Below are positions 11,761 through 25,873 of a DNA stretch of 64,000 nucleotides, in pieces. Below the pieces are notes generated by a model. It did no database searches. It worked only from the letters and a program-made list of their open reading frames with translations, and was not told the DNA's origin. Position numbers and translations under genes: made by a program. This stretch comes from Stylophora pistillata (lineage: Eukaryota). How positions within the stretch are numbered: position 1 is the first letter of the stretch; each line of letters starts with the position of its first letter. The stretch lies in the NCBI RefSeq assembly GCF_002571385.2, contig NW_019217786.1:1203021-1267020 (forward strand). Direction: 5' to 3'.

Positions 11761-14700
11761 GCTGAATTTCTGCCGAGATGGCAACCTTCATCTAATATCT
11801 GCAAGCTCAACTGAAGTCATAAATGGTTCACATTTTATTCTAGTCTACATTATATTGAACCGACCCGCAAACACTCAAAATCTGTCATTCATCCTCTCTG
11901 TCCAATAGCTGGCCAGTATTGTTGCACTCGTCATTTCATCTTCCTTACCGAGAACGTGTTAATAATAGATATCTGGGGATATTTCATGGGAATATCAATT
12001 TTTTTGAAGACAGTGTTAATTGTCACGTTGCATAACTGATTTAGTTTCCTTATTTGAATGATTTTTTTCGTTCTTTTCTTCTTTTTTTTTTAAGGAAACT
12101 TTATGAAATGATTCAATATTGGCTAAATATTTGCAACTTAAGGGAAGCGTCATCACTTTTCAAAATATGGGCTCTTACAAACAACTTTGAAGAGGACAAC
12201 GTGGTGTTCTTTTTTTTGTCGTGGGAAAAAATGTTTAACAATGATCCATTTCTCTGGTAGTAAATAACATTAAAATATTTCTACAGGGTAAATTATAAGT
12301 AATTTTTTGTTCTGTGCCATAATGCTGTTCTACCTCAGTTACAACAAAAGAAGTTTTTTTTTTAAAACATTGGGTACAGAAGTACAGTCATGTCCAACTG
12401 TACTAAGCGCACGAGAGCAGAGCTCTTGGCCACTGACTCACGTTTTGTCGGTTTAACAGCTGTGTAACCCACGCGAGATGTTGTTACATGAAATAAAATG
12501 TTTGTATAGAACGCGAGCCGAAAGGCGAGTAGTCTTTGCGTTCAAAAATTCGCCCAACCAGTCCAGGAGAGTTTTCATGCTGGTAAACCGATAGAAGGTG
12601 CATTTCGTTGCTTTTTTTAATTATAAAATGGTTCAGTTTTCTATCATTTTACCTCCTCAAAAACGAGATACATTTTGACCAGTAAGTGTATGTAGTTGCT
12701 CAATTATTTCTTGATTTAAGATTTTACGAACATTCGGAGAGGTTGTCAGAATTCAATTACTGTTGCTCAAATGATAAATAATAACGATATAAATAATTAC
12801 CTTTATTCTTTTCAAACCCTTACCAATTGTTTAAGCCAACGTAACAATCATCTTTCCTCATTCAATTTTCTCAGGTGAATTATGACAATTATCGGCTAAC
12901 TGAGAAATATAAAAGGACCCCCCCTGGATAATTCGGTTCGTGTTGCTAACCAGAAAAATTTGATCACTCAGACCTTCATACTACGCTGTCATAGCTTGTA
13001 CAATTGGAAAGCGATCTCTGATAGACACGACGGGGTACTTCACCGGACATATCTCACCGCTTGGATGGAACGCTTCACTCTTAAGAGAGGTTACACCTCG
13101 CACACTGATTGGCGTCAAGCAGTGATACTGTTCACATCATTGCATTTCTCTGGTCAAAAGCTGGTCGTTTTATACCTAACGGCATGCATGACTTTTAGCC
13201 GTTCATTTCGTCGAATAACTCAGTAGGCGTTTTAAGGCAAGCATGTTAGTCATAAAATTACTCAGTCCTCCTGTTCAATCCACAGTAACTTCCTACTTTA
13301 CTGTTGGTAGAGCGTAGTACAGCAGTCTTAAGAGATATTCTGTGGCACACTTATTCATAATAATCACTTTTTTCCCCCATATTCGTTTGTTTAGACACTT
13401 CACACTGTGACACGGCTCTGGTATACCGATCGAGTCTGTCCCGCGCTGCGTAACGCTTCAAATACTCAGCGTAACGCTTCAGATACTCAGCAATATCTTG
13501 GATGGTTTGGCCGGTAGACGCTCAAAGGAAATTATACGCTTCAAGAGAAAATTTTCTCTTGACGCTTTTGCCGCACATTCGTTCGCTGTCTTTCACAAGC
13601 TGAGTCAGCGAACAACCATGTCGATTACGTAAAAGCGGTTACGCTGGCAAATATTGAAGAGTTTGTAATGGGGAGAGTGTGATAGGAAACGAAGAGGAAT
13701 TAATTTCTCATGAGGAATTGTTTTGAAGGAAATGCCTCTGTCTTTTATCCCCGTCTATCCGTTTGCTAACTTTGTTGTTTTTCAGTGATTTCACCGCGTT
13801 CAAATTTAGGCTATTTTCCTTGATTTTCAACGTTATCCAAAATTCCAAATATTACCCACCCACAAAAGCATGTAATCAATCATGACTTCCAAACAAACTT
13901 TGATATTTTCGACGTGACCACTCTTACGCAATACAATCTTCACCTGCTCCTCGGATCTTGAGCTTTGAATGCCGTTTATTAAAGCATTTCCTTTTCCGCT
14001 ACGAAACGCGCATAGTTTTACGCCTCACTCTGTTTCGAAATTAAACATCAACAGCATCTATCGTATTGATCCAAATATTTTTTATCGAATTACGAAGCAA
14101 CCTCCCCCCTTTTACCGGGTGGAAACAACTGATATATAATTTGATCAACGACGTTGATCTCTCTTTGTTGTGTTTATACACACAAAACTGCCTTGAGCTA
14201 GTATAATTAATGATTGCCTCTTAACGGCACGGATATGATCATAAATTCACTTCAGTATTGTTGGATAACTGTTCGAATTTGACAGAACAAGTTTACATAG
14301 TAAGTTTGATCGATGCGAATCAAAAACTTTGTCGGCAGTGAACGGAAATTTCTTCAACTGTATATGACAAAAAGATGCAAGTGCATGTGGAACAACGATA
14401 GATTTGAAATTAAGGTTTTACCCGGTACAGTAGAAAAATTTCGCGATGCGTGATGGTTCATCAATGGTTTTTTTTGCAGAGGTTGTAATTATGCAAGGAA
14501 AATTAAGGTCGCATGAAATGCTAAAAATGGCCGCGTGCCTTCTCGTTCTACCCTAGAAATACTCTTTACTTTGTTCAAAAGGGTACAACAAGCACAAATT
14601 TGAAATGTTGATGGATTTTTATTGCTTGATTGAATGTGAACGTGTTGGGAAGTCATAATACATGACATTTTTTTTCCCTTCCGTGATACCTTAACATCGT

Positions 14701-16328
14701 TAGTTTCCCGTCGGAATTTTTTTAAGCAAATGATTGCGATCCTTTGAGTAGAGCTTTAAAATAGTAGGCTACCTCATTATGGCAAAAGCCGCAGTTCATA
14801 TCTTCTGGTTCCTAATTAGCTAATTGGTTTGCCCCCAGAACGACGGTCTCGATGAAGCGACCTTCGTCAACTGTTCTAAAACTGACCCGTTCCTCTCCCC
14901 CCCCCCCCCTTCAAGGTTACCGCTTTGTTACCTTGCTGTTCCAAGAATGAGTTTGAGCAATGCAGTGACAATGAACTAACGCATTGTTTGTCGTACTTCA
15001 TTAGAAACATTTTTTGTTGATCATGCGTTTCTAATGACTTTTAGGTGTGGTGGTTTCTTCTTGTTAGGCAGTCGGTCTAGTTAAAGACCATTTAATAATG
15101 AAATAAAAGGGAAAAAAAAACCCGTATACGATACGGCTCTTGATTGAGTTGAACTGGTAACTGTAAGAATTCAGTACGCCCATCCGAATTTCCGTGAGTG
15201 ATCAAGTACTTCCTTATGTGAAATGAGCAGCTTTTTACAAAAGATAATTGGTTTGTTAAATTTTCCTGGTGAAGTTAGTAAAAGGCCAAAATCTTCAACA
15301 TCAGCGACCTTTGACGAACTAATGGTCTATGTTAATATATTATCCATATATTAGTCATTGGCTTTCAACGACTCAGTTGGGTATAAAAGATGCTCAGCGA
15401 AATGCTGCTTCATTATTGATCAACAAAGCTGACTTTTCAGAATTATTAGCCTGAAGTGTATGAACTAATATCAACTGCAGGAATTCGTCAAGTCATGAAA
15501 ATAACTAAAACGTGTTTACGATTCAACCATTGATCGGTGCTCTTTGAGCGGCGAAGTTTTGAGAAAAAATATCAGAAAAAAAACTGACGCAAAGAAAAGT
15601 TGTGGTTGCAAATGAATCAAAAACGGAAGTCTGATAAAGACGGAAATATATCTGAGAGTTTTAGGCGTTTACGGTTGTGGTGAGATTGGACACTCTTACG
15701 GATTGGCGGTTTCTCTGTATCCTAGCCAATCGTTTGATAAACCATATTTTATTTTGAATTTTCTGGAAGTCCTACACTGACTTATTAATGAAGCAAAGTG
15801 ATCTGCATAATTTGAAACAAAGAGGACAAAGCCATTTTATCAAACTAAATCGTATAAGTATGGTATTTGACGTAGCATGTATGCATGACAGTTTGACGTG
15901 TACAGACTGAAGAATCTATTATGTATTGAACGTGCCTATACGCCGGTTGATGTTTCCCTTATTAATCAACGACGACGACAAGAGGTTGTTTCCAGACTGA
16001 CGTGAAACTTAAAAATTTATTTTATCAAAGTATATCTTGTGTTAGAGTTCTCAAAATAAACATCAATTTTGATGATGGTCCATCACTTTTCAAAGCCTGG
16101 AAAATGATCTATGTACAATTCCACAACTTTCGTGGTTTATTAAAAGCTGTGCGACGCTATAAAGAAGGTAAGAAGTTTGGAACATAACCTTGACATTAAT
16201 TAAAAAAGAAAAAGTTAACCCCACCGTTTTCGATTCATCTACACTAAAACACTTTAAATGAATTATACATATAAAATTTCATATATTAAATATTAACAAA
16301 TAAGATCTTGGTTGCCAATAATTTGGTT

Positions 16329-19300
16329 TTAGACATTGTCAGTGTCGACGTAAGCAGTTTGTGATTCTTGACAACACCATGATGATGACGATGAGTTGTC
16401 ATCTGTTTGTTGAGAGTCTTCTTCTAGTTGGCTGTAGGAGAGGGACTGGGTAACAGAAGAACTTGGATGACTTGGTGTGGGTTTCAGGTTGTAAACAATG
16501 ACACCCAATATTATTAATACTAAAGATCCAAGGTACAGAGCAGAGAACTGAAACAAAAACATTGTGAGAATTCTGTAGTAATATTGTTTTCTCTAATGAA
16601 CTGCTCATATTGATAAAAGCGCTCTTGACATCCCTCCAGATTCATAATATGTTATTTCAAGTAACTGCTCCCTATAGCCTCTTCCTTTATTGCATGTATT
16701 TTTGGCTATACCTTTCTCTATTTATCATTTCACTTTAAATAAATTAGCAGCTCTTTTCAACCACTTCATCTCAGAACTTTTTCAACTCTTTTCATAATTT
16801 TTTCCCTAATAATATCAAGTAAATGCACCCAACACATTTGATTCTGGTTGGCATCATCCTCTACTTATCCATTCATTTCATCTACTTACAAAATCCATAC
16901 TTTACCAAGCAAACATATGATGAGAATAATTTGGATATATCAACAAAGGTTGAAATGGTAAATTGGCCACCGTAACGATTACAAAAGCTGACGTTTCGAG
17001 CGTTAGTCCTTGGTCGGAGCGAAAGGGCTAACGATGAGAATAAACTGTCAGCAACAGAGGCTAACCTTATATCAAACACTTGGATTTCCCTGAATAATAT
17101 ACAGGGAAATGTACAGGAGGTGGAAGGTTAGTCATCCACAGCCATCCTTGACTAATAAATTTTGCAGCCATTTTTCTTTTTTACAGCCATTTTACCATTC
17201 AACAATTAAGCATGAAGCGATTGTAGAGTATGGAGTGAGTCCAGAGCATGACAAAAAAATGTTTTTTGCCACCTTCACCCTCTTCCTCCATGCATTCATG
17301 TTTGGTAATCCCCTACAGCTCTTACTTTGCTTATACCCTGCAACTACATTTTTGTATTCTTTGGCAATGTAAAAGGGCTGTTCGCTGATTATTTGCTGAT
17401 TAAGGGTTGTGTCACTCACCTTGTAATGGAACAGAAATAATCCACAGAGTAAGCTGTAAAAGTCTGCCGTCAGTAAAGACAAATTTACAACTGTGGCACT
17501 GCTGGCTTTCATAGTAACAGGTACCAGGTTATATAGCAGAAACAAACAAAGTCCAAAGCCAATGAAGTACAAAACTAAAAGGGAATTTAAGAGCTCAATC
17601 AATTCAATACCAACATTCAAATGCTAAGTAATCTACAGCAGTAGAGTGCACAGGAAATATTTGATGCTAAATATTATTCCATAACATTTCATTTTTTTAT
17701 GAATTTAATAGAAGCATTGCAAAAGACAAGAAGTTTAAGAAAGCTCCTTCAACAAACCAATTTTATAGTCCCACTCAATTGCTGACAATTAATGTCTTTC
17801 AAGAATTACCCTGATGAGATAAAAAAGACACTAAATGGAAATGTGAAATTAATGCTGACTACGTCAACAAATGTAAGTGTGGCATATACAGAAAAAAACG
17901 TCAGATTCACTTTGAGGCCTTAGTCTCCCCCCCAAAAAAAATGGTTGGCACCTTAGCAATCCAGAGCTGGTAACTAGAAGCGACAATTTCACATGTTATA
18001 AAAAGACAATCATCATTAATTCATGACATCAAACTCACATCTGAATCGCTGAGATAATACTCCCAAAGAGTCCAATCATGCCAAGAAATTCAACTCTACT
18101 AAAGTTCTTCACCACAAATTCCTCTGCAACATTAGAAATTCCATACATAATAGCTCCACATAACACCAAAACATCCCCTATGGCTTGATTATTACCTGTC
18201 AAGGAACAATATTAAAAAAATCATCAATTAAAGAACATCTCTGAATAAGTTACATTTAAGCAGTTGATACAACTTTAGAATCTGAATAATATTGACTAGA
18301 AACATCAATATAATGTATAATACAAAATAACATCATGAATTTGAGTTCATTGCTTAAAAGATTCCCCTGAAACTTTCACCAAAAACCAAATGAAAATGCA
18401 TGCAAACAAATTATACTAAGCCAAACAAATAATTTTACCTTCTGCAAGGAGAGGAAAAACAAAACAATTGGAGAGAAATTGAAGGAATGATGGACGAGAA
18501 GAATTAACAAATTAGAGACACACAGATAGCACTATCATCAGCACTGCAATTCAGTGAACTTCTGGCCAAATCAGAGAGAGGCACAAACCCAAACCTATTC
18601 AAAAAGCCTGCCCACTAATTTCTTATTTAACCCTAAGATTAGAGAGTTTATACTCCCAAATGATTATTTTTTTCTACTCGCCCAGTCATGGTGTTTCTTC
18701 AAAACAATAACTTTTAAGTGATGATACTTGAAATTTATCACCTCTCTGATTAAACGTATATTAAGAGTACAAAGTTAGGGAATTTATCAACGATCACTTG
18801 TGGGATTGAAAGTGGCAATCTGACTGTTATTACATCTCTTTACACTGTCATTCCTAATGGTGAAGGCCTTCTGGCCCTTAAACATTTTTTTGATCAACGT
18901 ACTGTTAAGGAACCTAAATCTGAAACACTACTACCCTTAGCCGAACTACTGCTCACACTCAATTGTTTTCATTTGGAAACAACTTCAAACAAACCAATGG
19001 TGTAGCCATGAGCACCAAAATGGGACCTAGCTATGCCAATCTTTTTGCAGGTTTTGTCGAACATCAATTTTTCAGCCAATACAACGGCTCCAAACCTGAA
19101 CTCTACGGTCACTACATCGACAACTGTATCGGCGCTACCTCCTCTACCAGAGAGGAGCTCACTCAATTCATAACCGCAGTCAATTCTTTTCACCCGGCTC
19201 TGAAATATACCTGGGAAATTTCTGACAATTCTNGGGGAAGGGGCAGTGACTTGTACTGGACTGACATAATTGAGTGGGGTTGGAGGAGAAGCAATACTCC

Positions 19301-20385
19301 TTAAAACTTAGTGCTAAGAAAGAGAAGGTAAGCCTTGCTGGTAACTTTACCATTGATGCAGGAGCAGGTACTTTCAAATAAGATAAACTCAGTGCTCAGT
19401 AACTCTATTGGTACTGTTTTTTTTCCCTACGTATACCTAAATGCCTAATAGGTTTATTCAACAATGATGACTGAAATAACAAGTTTGCTTGCAAAAAAAA
19501 CTATCAAAACAATTACCGGTATGTCCTTTGTCACTACCTAATATTTATGTGCCATTTTATAATTTTTTTACCATGGCTCACCTGAATGCTGGTTAAATTT
19601 GTATACTGATAAGCTTTTACAACCAAATAATTTGCCTCCACATCACAGAGTGAAATTAAAAAATATTTCCATCCTGTTTCAATAAGTCTCTTTTTAAATT
19701 CAATAGGATGACAGGCCAGCGCTGTTGTGTGTATAAGTCCCAATAATAAATAGTTCAGGAAACTTTGTGTTGTCGGAATCTCAACGTTATAATCAGAAGC
19801 CAGGAGCTGACTAAATACACCAGTCCCACAAACAAGCCATGACAATAACTGACCCAAGGCAAGAATTGCAAGGAATTTCCTAAAGTGGAGGAGACAGTGA
19901 TCAAAACTCAAGTAACATCAGTTGGTTGTGATTAAATGGTAGGGTCCAGTTGTTCTGTTGACTGTTTTCTTGTGTACAATGTCATGAATAGTTCCTTTAA
20001 TTCATATGATATGGTGGCCGTTTTTAACAACTGCCAACAGATTGAAACTGACCACTCACAACCATCATGTTTCACTCTAACAAAGGGCTAATGCTCAAAA
20101 CATCAGCTTAGAAATTAAACTCTTGACAGTGGCCAATAGTCCAGTTTACAGTCGTGTGCTTGGTTGCCAAGCCTTTGAATGGGAGTGAGGCTAGGGTTGA
20201 CCTTGTTATGATACAAACCTTGCTGCCTTTCAAATGTAAATCACTTGGTTATCATGCTAAGTAGATACAGGTCTCTATCACAACAAGGTCACCTTCAGCC
20301 TCACTCTGAATCAAAGGCTTGGCAACTAAGTTCAGAACTGTAAAATGGCCTATTTACTATATCAATGCAATTGATAAAACAAATG

Positions 20386-20446
<61 letters not shown>

Positions 20447-20623
20447 AATATGAGCCAATATACCATAATCTACAACTATGGTAAGCGTACACATCAGCTT
20501 AAAATTAAAAGGGAGCTAAAAATGTAATAAAATTTAATAATTTAATTTAACGTTTTTAATAAAACAATTATTCCACTCACTCTTGTTGGATATGAGATGA
20601 TTAGAGCCAACTCGGCGCTACAG

Positions 20624-20659
<36 letters not shown>

Positions 20660-21194
20660 TGCTTGTGGAATAATTCTTAATTAGCTTGTTATGTCATTTA
20701 GGTTGGGAGATGACAAAATGCAAAGCCCTACTCCATGGAGTACCCTATAGAGTACCCCTAAAAAAAGTATTGGTCAAATAAAATACTTCATAAACATGGA
20801 GTTGGGCTCCGTGTTTTGTCATCTCCCATCTAGGTCTACAGAATATCATGAAATTATATTGCCAGACAATTTTTCTCTTAATTCTTAGAATAAATTTGGC
20901 TCAAGTTGTTGAAACCTCAGTCAAGACATCAATCCTTCTCATGAGATCTAAGAACTACAATCAAGCGGGCAAAAATATTATAATTATATTAGAACAGTGT
21001 TAAACAGGGATGTCCTTCATGTCCCTGACACTGTTTTCTTCAGTCTTTCCACCTTATTAACGCTATGTTCTGGAAAATTTTCAATAAACAAAATCACGGA
21101 AGTAACTTTAACATCAAAAGTGCGCTTACCGCGTGAAAATTCGCTGAAAAAAGGGACGGATACCAACTGTGCGTTCACACTGTTCGTCCGCCAT
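16329..21194 (-). CDS. SLC35F2: Solute carrier family 35 member F1/F2-like; one expected exon absent and an in-frame TAA at 17789-17791
   Basis: Exons 21194-21130, 19879-19582, [exon missing], 18195-18039, 17810-17758, 17574-17420, 16547-16329. Family motifs [42 protein letters not shown] and [17 protein letters not shown]. Confidence 0.88.
16935..17030 (-). mobile_element. Penelope-type terminal repeat fragment with degenerate hammerhead motif
   Basis: Near-identical to 57482-57566; minus strand gctccgaccaaggactaacgctcgaaacgtcagc. Confidence 0.7.
18827..19232 (+). mobile_element. Penelope-like element reverse transcriptase fragment (degenerate), ending at a single-N gap
   Basis: ITSLYTVIP...[20 protein letters not shown]...YIDN...[14 protein letters not shown] are PLE RT motifs; catalytic YxDD reads YIDN. 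Confidence 0.85.
20380..20682. repeat. Foldback element with aacaattattcc...ggaataatt hairpin
   Basis: Hairpin at 20563-20680: attattccac...gttggatatgagatg...agccaactcggcgctacaggcctcgttggct...catctcatatccaac...gtggaataatt. Confidence 0.8.
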
Positions 21195-21712
21195 CTTGTA
21201 AATTCTTTTTATGGATATGATGTCCAAATTAGGAATAACTGCATGCGAGGTTGTTTTGGTGAAGCAACTCTTGACGGAAGAGTTATTATCATCGAAGCGT
21301 AATAATATTTCGTATGGTTTCACTTTCCAAGGTATGCGATGTTTCCCACGTTTTTTCCAAGGGAAACAATTTCATAGGATAATTTTTGATAATGCTGCCT
21401 TTTCGGCAGCTGTAATATATCCACGTTTAACGTTTTACGATGTATCACTTCAACATTTTCCAGTAGAGATCTGACATAATTTATTAGCAATTCACGCAGT
21501 GAACTCGTTCTTACCTTACATATATCTTGTTTTGTGCTTGATTTTAGTTTTAGGAAGTTGATTTTTACTTAAGGATAATGTATTAAATCATTTTGTGTTA
21601 TTTTCGTTGCAGAATTTTCACAGAAAACGATTTGCCTTTGGCCAGTTTGAATATGCATATTGCCACATAATATTAAATTCTTCAAGGTGCTAAGGATCGT
21701 TTAAATCTGAAG

Positions 21713-23880
21713 ATGAGTCGTCAAAGATCTGCAGACGCGGCTCGCTTCAAGCCAAAATATTTTTACCAGTTCAGAATTATTTTAATCGGCGACAGCACTG
21801 TTGGGAAATCCTCGCTTTTGCGGCAGTTTACGGAAGGTCAATTCATCGAAAATTCGGACCCAACAGTCGGTGTGGATTTCCATGTCAGGGTTGTAATGCT
21901 TACATGTGAGTTTTTTTATCATTTTACCTAGCGTTTGTCATGTTGCGTGTCGAATTTTTTCCTTGAGAAATATTAACTATCAGTTGTTTTACTGATAATG
22001 TAACCATTCTTAGCATGTCGTCGCTAATTCTTTTCCTGTTGTAGGAAATGTTTTGTTGCTTTCTCGCGTGTGGTACTAGGTACAACTACATATTTTTTTA
22101 AAGTAATGAGGATTCTGATTAATTCTCGATCGTTTGCCGCGACTGCATTTCGGCGGATGGCGTTCGTTTAATTCTTGTTTAAGTATGAAGATTATATGCC
22201 TTGTTTAATTTTACCAAGTTGAACGTTTTAATATCCACCTTAGATTTGCATTCAACCGCTGCAAATGTGTCTTAAGTAGGTTTTACGGGAGCTAATTTGA
22301 ATTAATAACTCTGCTTTTACATCCTTATTCAAAAAGATTAGCCGTCACCTGTTGGACCCTGGGAGGAAAAAATTCATACATTTATACTCGCTAATTTGGG
22401 AACTCTAATTAGGAAATATTTACATTAGTAATGCCTATATCAACTGTTCGGGTTAAGTGGTTTAACTGAAATCGAACAGGTTTTTTAAATAGTCACATTT
22501 TACGCAGGCCATATTATCAGATATTGCCTCAAATGCATCTTCAACTGATTAATTTAGGTTAAAATGATTTTTGCTTAGTTTAGATGCTGTGCTGAGAAAT
22601 TATTGTAATGTTTATAAATTGGGAAATGTTTTCCAGGATTTCATGGCTTATGTATTTTATTATTGGTTAATTTACAATTCACTGGTGCTGTATTTCAAAC
22701 ATGATTATTACATGTAATAAGTACAGCCTTCCATATCATGACAGGATGGAAACCTTGCTCACTGTAAGGACCTCCCTCCCTTGTAAATCCTGAGAACACT
22801 CTCTGAGGATTTGTGAGGGAGAATGAGAGGTACTTACAGTGTGCATGGTTTCTGTCCTGTCATGATATTTTTATAATTTTGATGGACAGTCACATGCAAG
22901 TCAGTAAGACAGTTTAAGAGCATGCTAAATATTGATCTGACTTAAGCCAATTATTCTAAGTACACCTAAAATACATAGCACTTGTGATCATGATGTACTC
23001 AAGTGTGGAAGGAGAATTGTCTCTTTGTGAGAAGTTTGGGACTTGTCATTCAATACATTTACCCCCCATTATTTGTAGATTTTTACATAATAAGCTACAA
23101 GCTCTCAAAGCTGTGCTCCTAGAAGAATCACTGGATGCCAAAAGGCTTAATTATCAGTTATCAGAGGTGCATGGCTGTTCAAAGCTTTATGGACAGTTTT
23201 TCAAGTCACCAATAAGCAAAAACAAGTTGCCCTGGCAACTGCACTCTGTTATGACACAGTGTGGTAAAGAGTTAGGCTTGAGGTATTGACCAGCTCTATT
23301 TCACAGTAGCTACTGTAATTTATCAGGTGATACAATTTGTTGATTTTCTGTTTTGTGTTCTTCAGCTGATGTCAGGATAAAGTTGCAGATTTGGGACACA
23401 GCAGGACAGGAGAGATTTCGTGCCATCACATACTCATACTATAGAAACACTGTTGGATGCTTGATTGTTTATGATATCACTAACAGAGAATCATTCCTTA
23501 ACATCAAAGACTGGTATACAGAGGCAAAGAATTGTGTAGAGGAAAGTGATGTTGTCTTTATGTTGGTAGGTCATAAAATTGACAAAGAATCAATGAGAAA
23601 AGTTTCCACAGAGGAAGGAGAACGATTTGCAGAAGCAAACAACATGATGTTTATTGAGACATCAGCTAAGGTTTTATGCAATATTGAGGAAGCTTTTTTC
23701 AGAGTGACTGAGGAAGTGCATAAACGCATGGAGAGAGGAGACCTGGGACTGAGAGATGGCTGGGATGGGATTAAGGCACTTCCTATGCGCCCTACAGATG
23801 TGCTGGGTATTGGACATGCTATTTCAGCAGAAGACTTACTGGAACATCATCATGAGTCCAAAAGGTGCTGCACGGGTTGA
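21713..23880 (+). CDS. RAB39: Ras-related protein Rab-39, 235 aa, 2 exons
   Basis: Exons 21713-21905 and 23366-23880 (phase 1). YQFRIILIGDSTVGKSSLL, SDPTVGVDF, WDTAGQERFR, VGHKID, ETSAK, Rab39-typical DGWDGIK and a C-terminal CCTG prenylation motif. Confidence 0.93.
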
Positions 23881-25514
23881 TGTTTTTTTTTTTTTTTCCA
23901 TACATACCAGGAGAAAATGAAATTGACCTTCTAAACAAAACTAAACATATCCCAATAGTGAACATCTAGAATTTTACTCTGATTGAGCTAAAAATATTTG
24001 ACATCAACTATGTTCTTTCTAGAAACAAAATTTACCCAACATAAAACCCTACTCTGTAATCAGCTAGGGGAAAATTTTGTTGCTCATATTCTTCATTTTT
24101 CTTTGTTATGGGTTCTTCTGTGTCTTCTGTTTGGAATGAACTTAGCATTTGTTAAACCTAAGTAACAAGTTGTCAGATAATTTCACTGAGTGTACTTCCT
24201 GTCACCAAATGTAAATGCTGTGGGAAGTGTTGCAATTTATGTAGGTCTGACCCAGGTAGCAATAAGATTACTTGATAGGTAAATAGTCCATTGTTCTGCA
24301 AGCATACCCTTGGCCAAAGTCATGTGGTTTTACTGTAAAGGATTTAAAACACCACTCTACTCTTGTTTTAAGGCCATGAAACATTTTCTTCCATTTCTTG
24401 ACACCTGTGAGAACACCTTCAGAAACTAGAGTGGGTTCTGGAGGTACTAGATGTTTACAATTTTGCCACTCATCAGATATTGTTTGATAGGGAAACATTT
24501 ATTTGTGGTAAGGAACTAGAATTGTGTTAGATATCTATTAAAGAGCTGGAGTGGTAACGTTAAACCTGCCATTACTTGGTATTAAAACATATATTGGACT
24601 CACACAGTAGATAGTTTAAACGCAGGATAAAGGTTGATCATATAGTTTTGTGAGTGAGAAAGTCCTGTAAAGGACTATTACAGTACTTAACTATTTTGGC
24701 ATCATCAAATTTTTCAATTAATTCTGATGATGACTTCTACTTTGTCGTTGTGTCATCAGCAACTGTCACCAACTAAAGTCCTCTCCTTTACCACTCTCAC
24801 TTTTTAGATTACATGATCAACAATTACACTGACTGATAGCATTTTTAAGGGGATGTTATGGGGTATTTCCTCACTTATGACCTTTAAAAGTCAGCCAGAG
24901 TAGATTATAACCTAACTAAAATGTGTGAAGTGTAGCAACAAGGACAGTAGTGTTTTCTGAAGCTAAAAAAGGTTAAGTTTTTGCCAATTTTACTGTTGTG
25001 TAGTGCTAGTAAAAAAATGTGGGGGTGTTTTGGATAAGAATGTCAACTTAAGGTTATTAGCTAAAGAGAGAAGATGTCATTTGCAATACTTTTTAATTGT
25101 GTATAAGTCAAGAAGTTTTTATTTTGTTGATTCAGGTGGTTTCCTACTATTTTATGTTACTTCGTAACTTTTAATGAGCAGGTTTGGTTTTATTTATAAA
25201 TGAGTGTGAAATGTAGAGCTTATGATTAATTTTTTTACTCATTTTTTAAGAAAACAGGCAGATCTAGTTATTATGAGGTTTCTTCAATTAAAAACAAACA
25301 CACCTTTCCCCAAGTTGTTTTCTTGTCATTTTGTTCTAACATGAAATAAGAGGGACACCTATTTCAGTGGACAGCCTTTTTTAAAGTACACTGTAGCCCA
25401 GGCAGGGTTCTTGGATAAGAAACTAAACCATATCCCCACCACTAGGTACATATATGTTCCAGCAGATTGTTGGTGTATGCAAGAGCTCCTGGCAAGCTGG
25501 AGGAGTGAGCTATT

Positions 25515-25873
25515 AGGGACCTTAAGTAGTCAGGACGGCAATGCCAAGGAAGACTTCGCTTAAAAAATGAATTTCTACTCTTAGCTAGAATTTCAAAAGT
25601 AGCTGCATGAGCTTATTGTCTCATACGGCGCACAGCTCAACTTCAGTATGACGTATAAAAGTAGCATTGAGTTCCAAATGGAAATTAAAGTATTTGCCAT
25701 CATTTTGGCTTGCAGATGATGCAAATTTTGGCGATTACACATTGTTTTGCATAGGACGGCTAAGAAATGTACAAAGTTTCAAAATGCACGTGCTGAGCTA
25801 TTGTTCTGCCAATTGGATCTCTTGGTTTTCTACGTCCTTGTTGCTGTCACCATCGTGGTTGCTTAAGGTCCCT
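25515..25873. mobile_element. Non-autonomous DNA transposon (MITE), 359 bp, 3-bp ATT target duplication (PIF/Harbinger-related inferred)
   Basis: TIRs agggaccttaag / cttaaggtccct flanked by att at 25512-25514 and 25874-25876. Confidence 0.85.

Noticed and set aside
11800-16300. Hidden gene in the 4.5-kb region upstream of the VWA gene (for example ORF 12960-13226)
   Set aside because: No recognisable domain or consistent splice chain; contains only repeat fragments and a 21-bp tandem duplication near 13448-13491.
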